A stretch of 64,000 bases of DNA from Lama glama (lineage: Eukaryota), in contig CM052818.1 in NCBI GenBank assembly GCA_028534125.1, forward strand, positions 39,806,001 to 39,870,000, read 5' to 3'. The notes beneath the pieces were generated by a model. The model saw only the letters and a list, made by a program, of their open reading frames with translations, made no database searches and was not told the DNA's origin. Below are positions 62,716 through 64,000 of the stretch, piece after piece. Positions within the stretch are counted from its first letter, which is position 1. Each line of letters opens with the position of its first letter. The translations under genes and the position numbers were made by a program.

Positions 62716-64000
62716 AGTCAGTGCCTACCAAGGAATTTGTAACAAAAAAAAGAGTCATGTTAGAGTTCCATATAAGTATCCTGGAGCTGGGAGACAGAAA
62801 AGCCATCTTTACTTTCAGGACATTCCCTTGAAGGTTTAAGGAGCTGTGATTAGTCACTTAGTTTCAGAATGCCACTGGTCCCACCGATGATACTCAATGC
62901 GTCCCCTACTCCTGCTCTCTGTCTGTCCCTTTCTTCTCCCTCTGGGCCTCCATGTCAAACTCATCCAAAGTTGACACTTTTCTCCTGTTACCCACACTAA
63001 TTTTGGGGAAAGCTCCTTCAGAAAAGAATAGAAAAGAAGTAAAGTTGACTTCTTTTTGTCCTTAAGACTAGGGTACCTGAGCTATTGCTCATGTTTATGT
63101 TTGGTTTAGGATCTGATCCAAGGTGACTTTTAATCTCTGTATTGTAGGAATTTAGTTCCTAATATGTCAGCTCCATCCTGCTGAGTGTTCCATCAACACC
63201 CTTAACCCAGTTATCGGCAGAGACCTTGACCCCAGACGGGGAGTCCCAGATGGAAGCCAGGACATTGCTTCAGGACAGACTATGAAAAATGTGTGTAAGA
63301 TGGAAAAATGTGAATTATGTGTGAAGCAAACAAAAGCACCAGGCAACATGGAATTCATGTCAACAAAAAGCTTGCTGCAAGCTGTTGCTTGCTTCTAAGG
63401 GGGAAACGGACTCTGACGGCCGGGGAACAGTAGCAGGGAAGGACTTTTTGCACGAGTTGTGGAAACAAAAGAGATGACCTGTTTTGACTGTAATTGGCTT
63501 TCAAATTTTTAAGCTCTCCTTTCTGCCTGGACCCACCTCCCTCAGCATTTGTTGTGCAGCTGGGGAAGTCACTGACTATTGAGCCAGTCTGAGCCATGGG
63601 GATGGGAGTAACTGACATCTATAATATTTTGACATATTCAAGAGAAGAGAGAAAACAGTCCAAAGGGTGGGGCCTCCAGCTGACCTTCTTGTTGACTATC
63701 GACCAACTCCACGACTGGATTGCTTGGGTGAACAAGGGAATGGCCAAGTTCTCAGGAGGATTCATGCACTGGAATGTCTAGCTCACATTCCAACTAAAAT
63801 AGTATATCTAATGATATTAAACTACATAGACTTTTGGTGCCACCAACTGAAAATGGTGTAAGTACTAGTTTCCAAGCTAGCTGCAGAAATCTAAAATTAT
63901 CATTACCTCACCGAGAGATATTTCTAGGTAAGAGACAACCAATGTCCACATTTTTTAAAAGCAAATTATTTTCAGTTATTTAAAATGATTACCCTCTTCC

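Overview
Non-coding mammalian (eutherian) genomic DNA, most likely from a camelid (camel/alpaca). The basis is camelid-type L1 3' tails and an L1 5' UTR (recognised from memory, not database-checked), an internally deleted Tigger1 of the artiodactyl type, and no recognisable Alu, B1/B2, Bov-A/tA, PRE-1 or Can SINEs. I recognised no protein-coding exon, tRNA, rRNA or known small RNA. The ORF track is mostly chance ORFs and repeat or microsatellite translations; one ORF is a decayed L1 ORF2 C-terminus. The window reads as a large intron or intergenic interval rich in ancient repeats (MIR, L2, CR1/L3, MLT1/MLT2 LTRs, MER5, Tigger, old L1/HAL1), with a 500-N scaffold gap beside a young L1 promoter. 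Repeat-free islands carry CpG-rich patches, candidate enhancer motif clusters and several well-formed but apparently non-coding candidate exons on both strands. I found no convincing novel biological system. The findings are hypotheses, and repeat boundaries are approximate unless a TSD or TIR is quoted.
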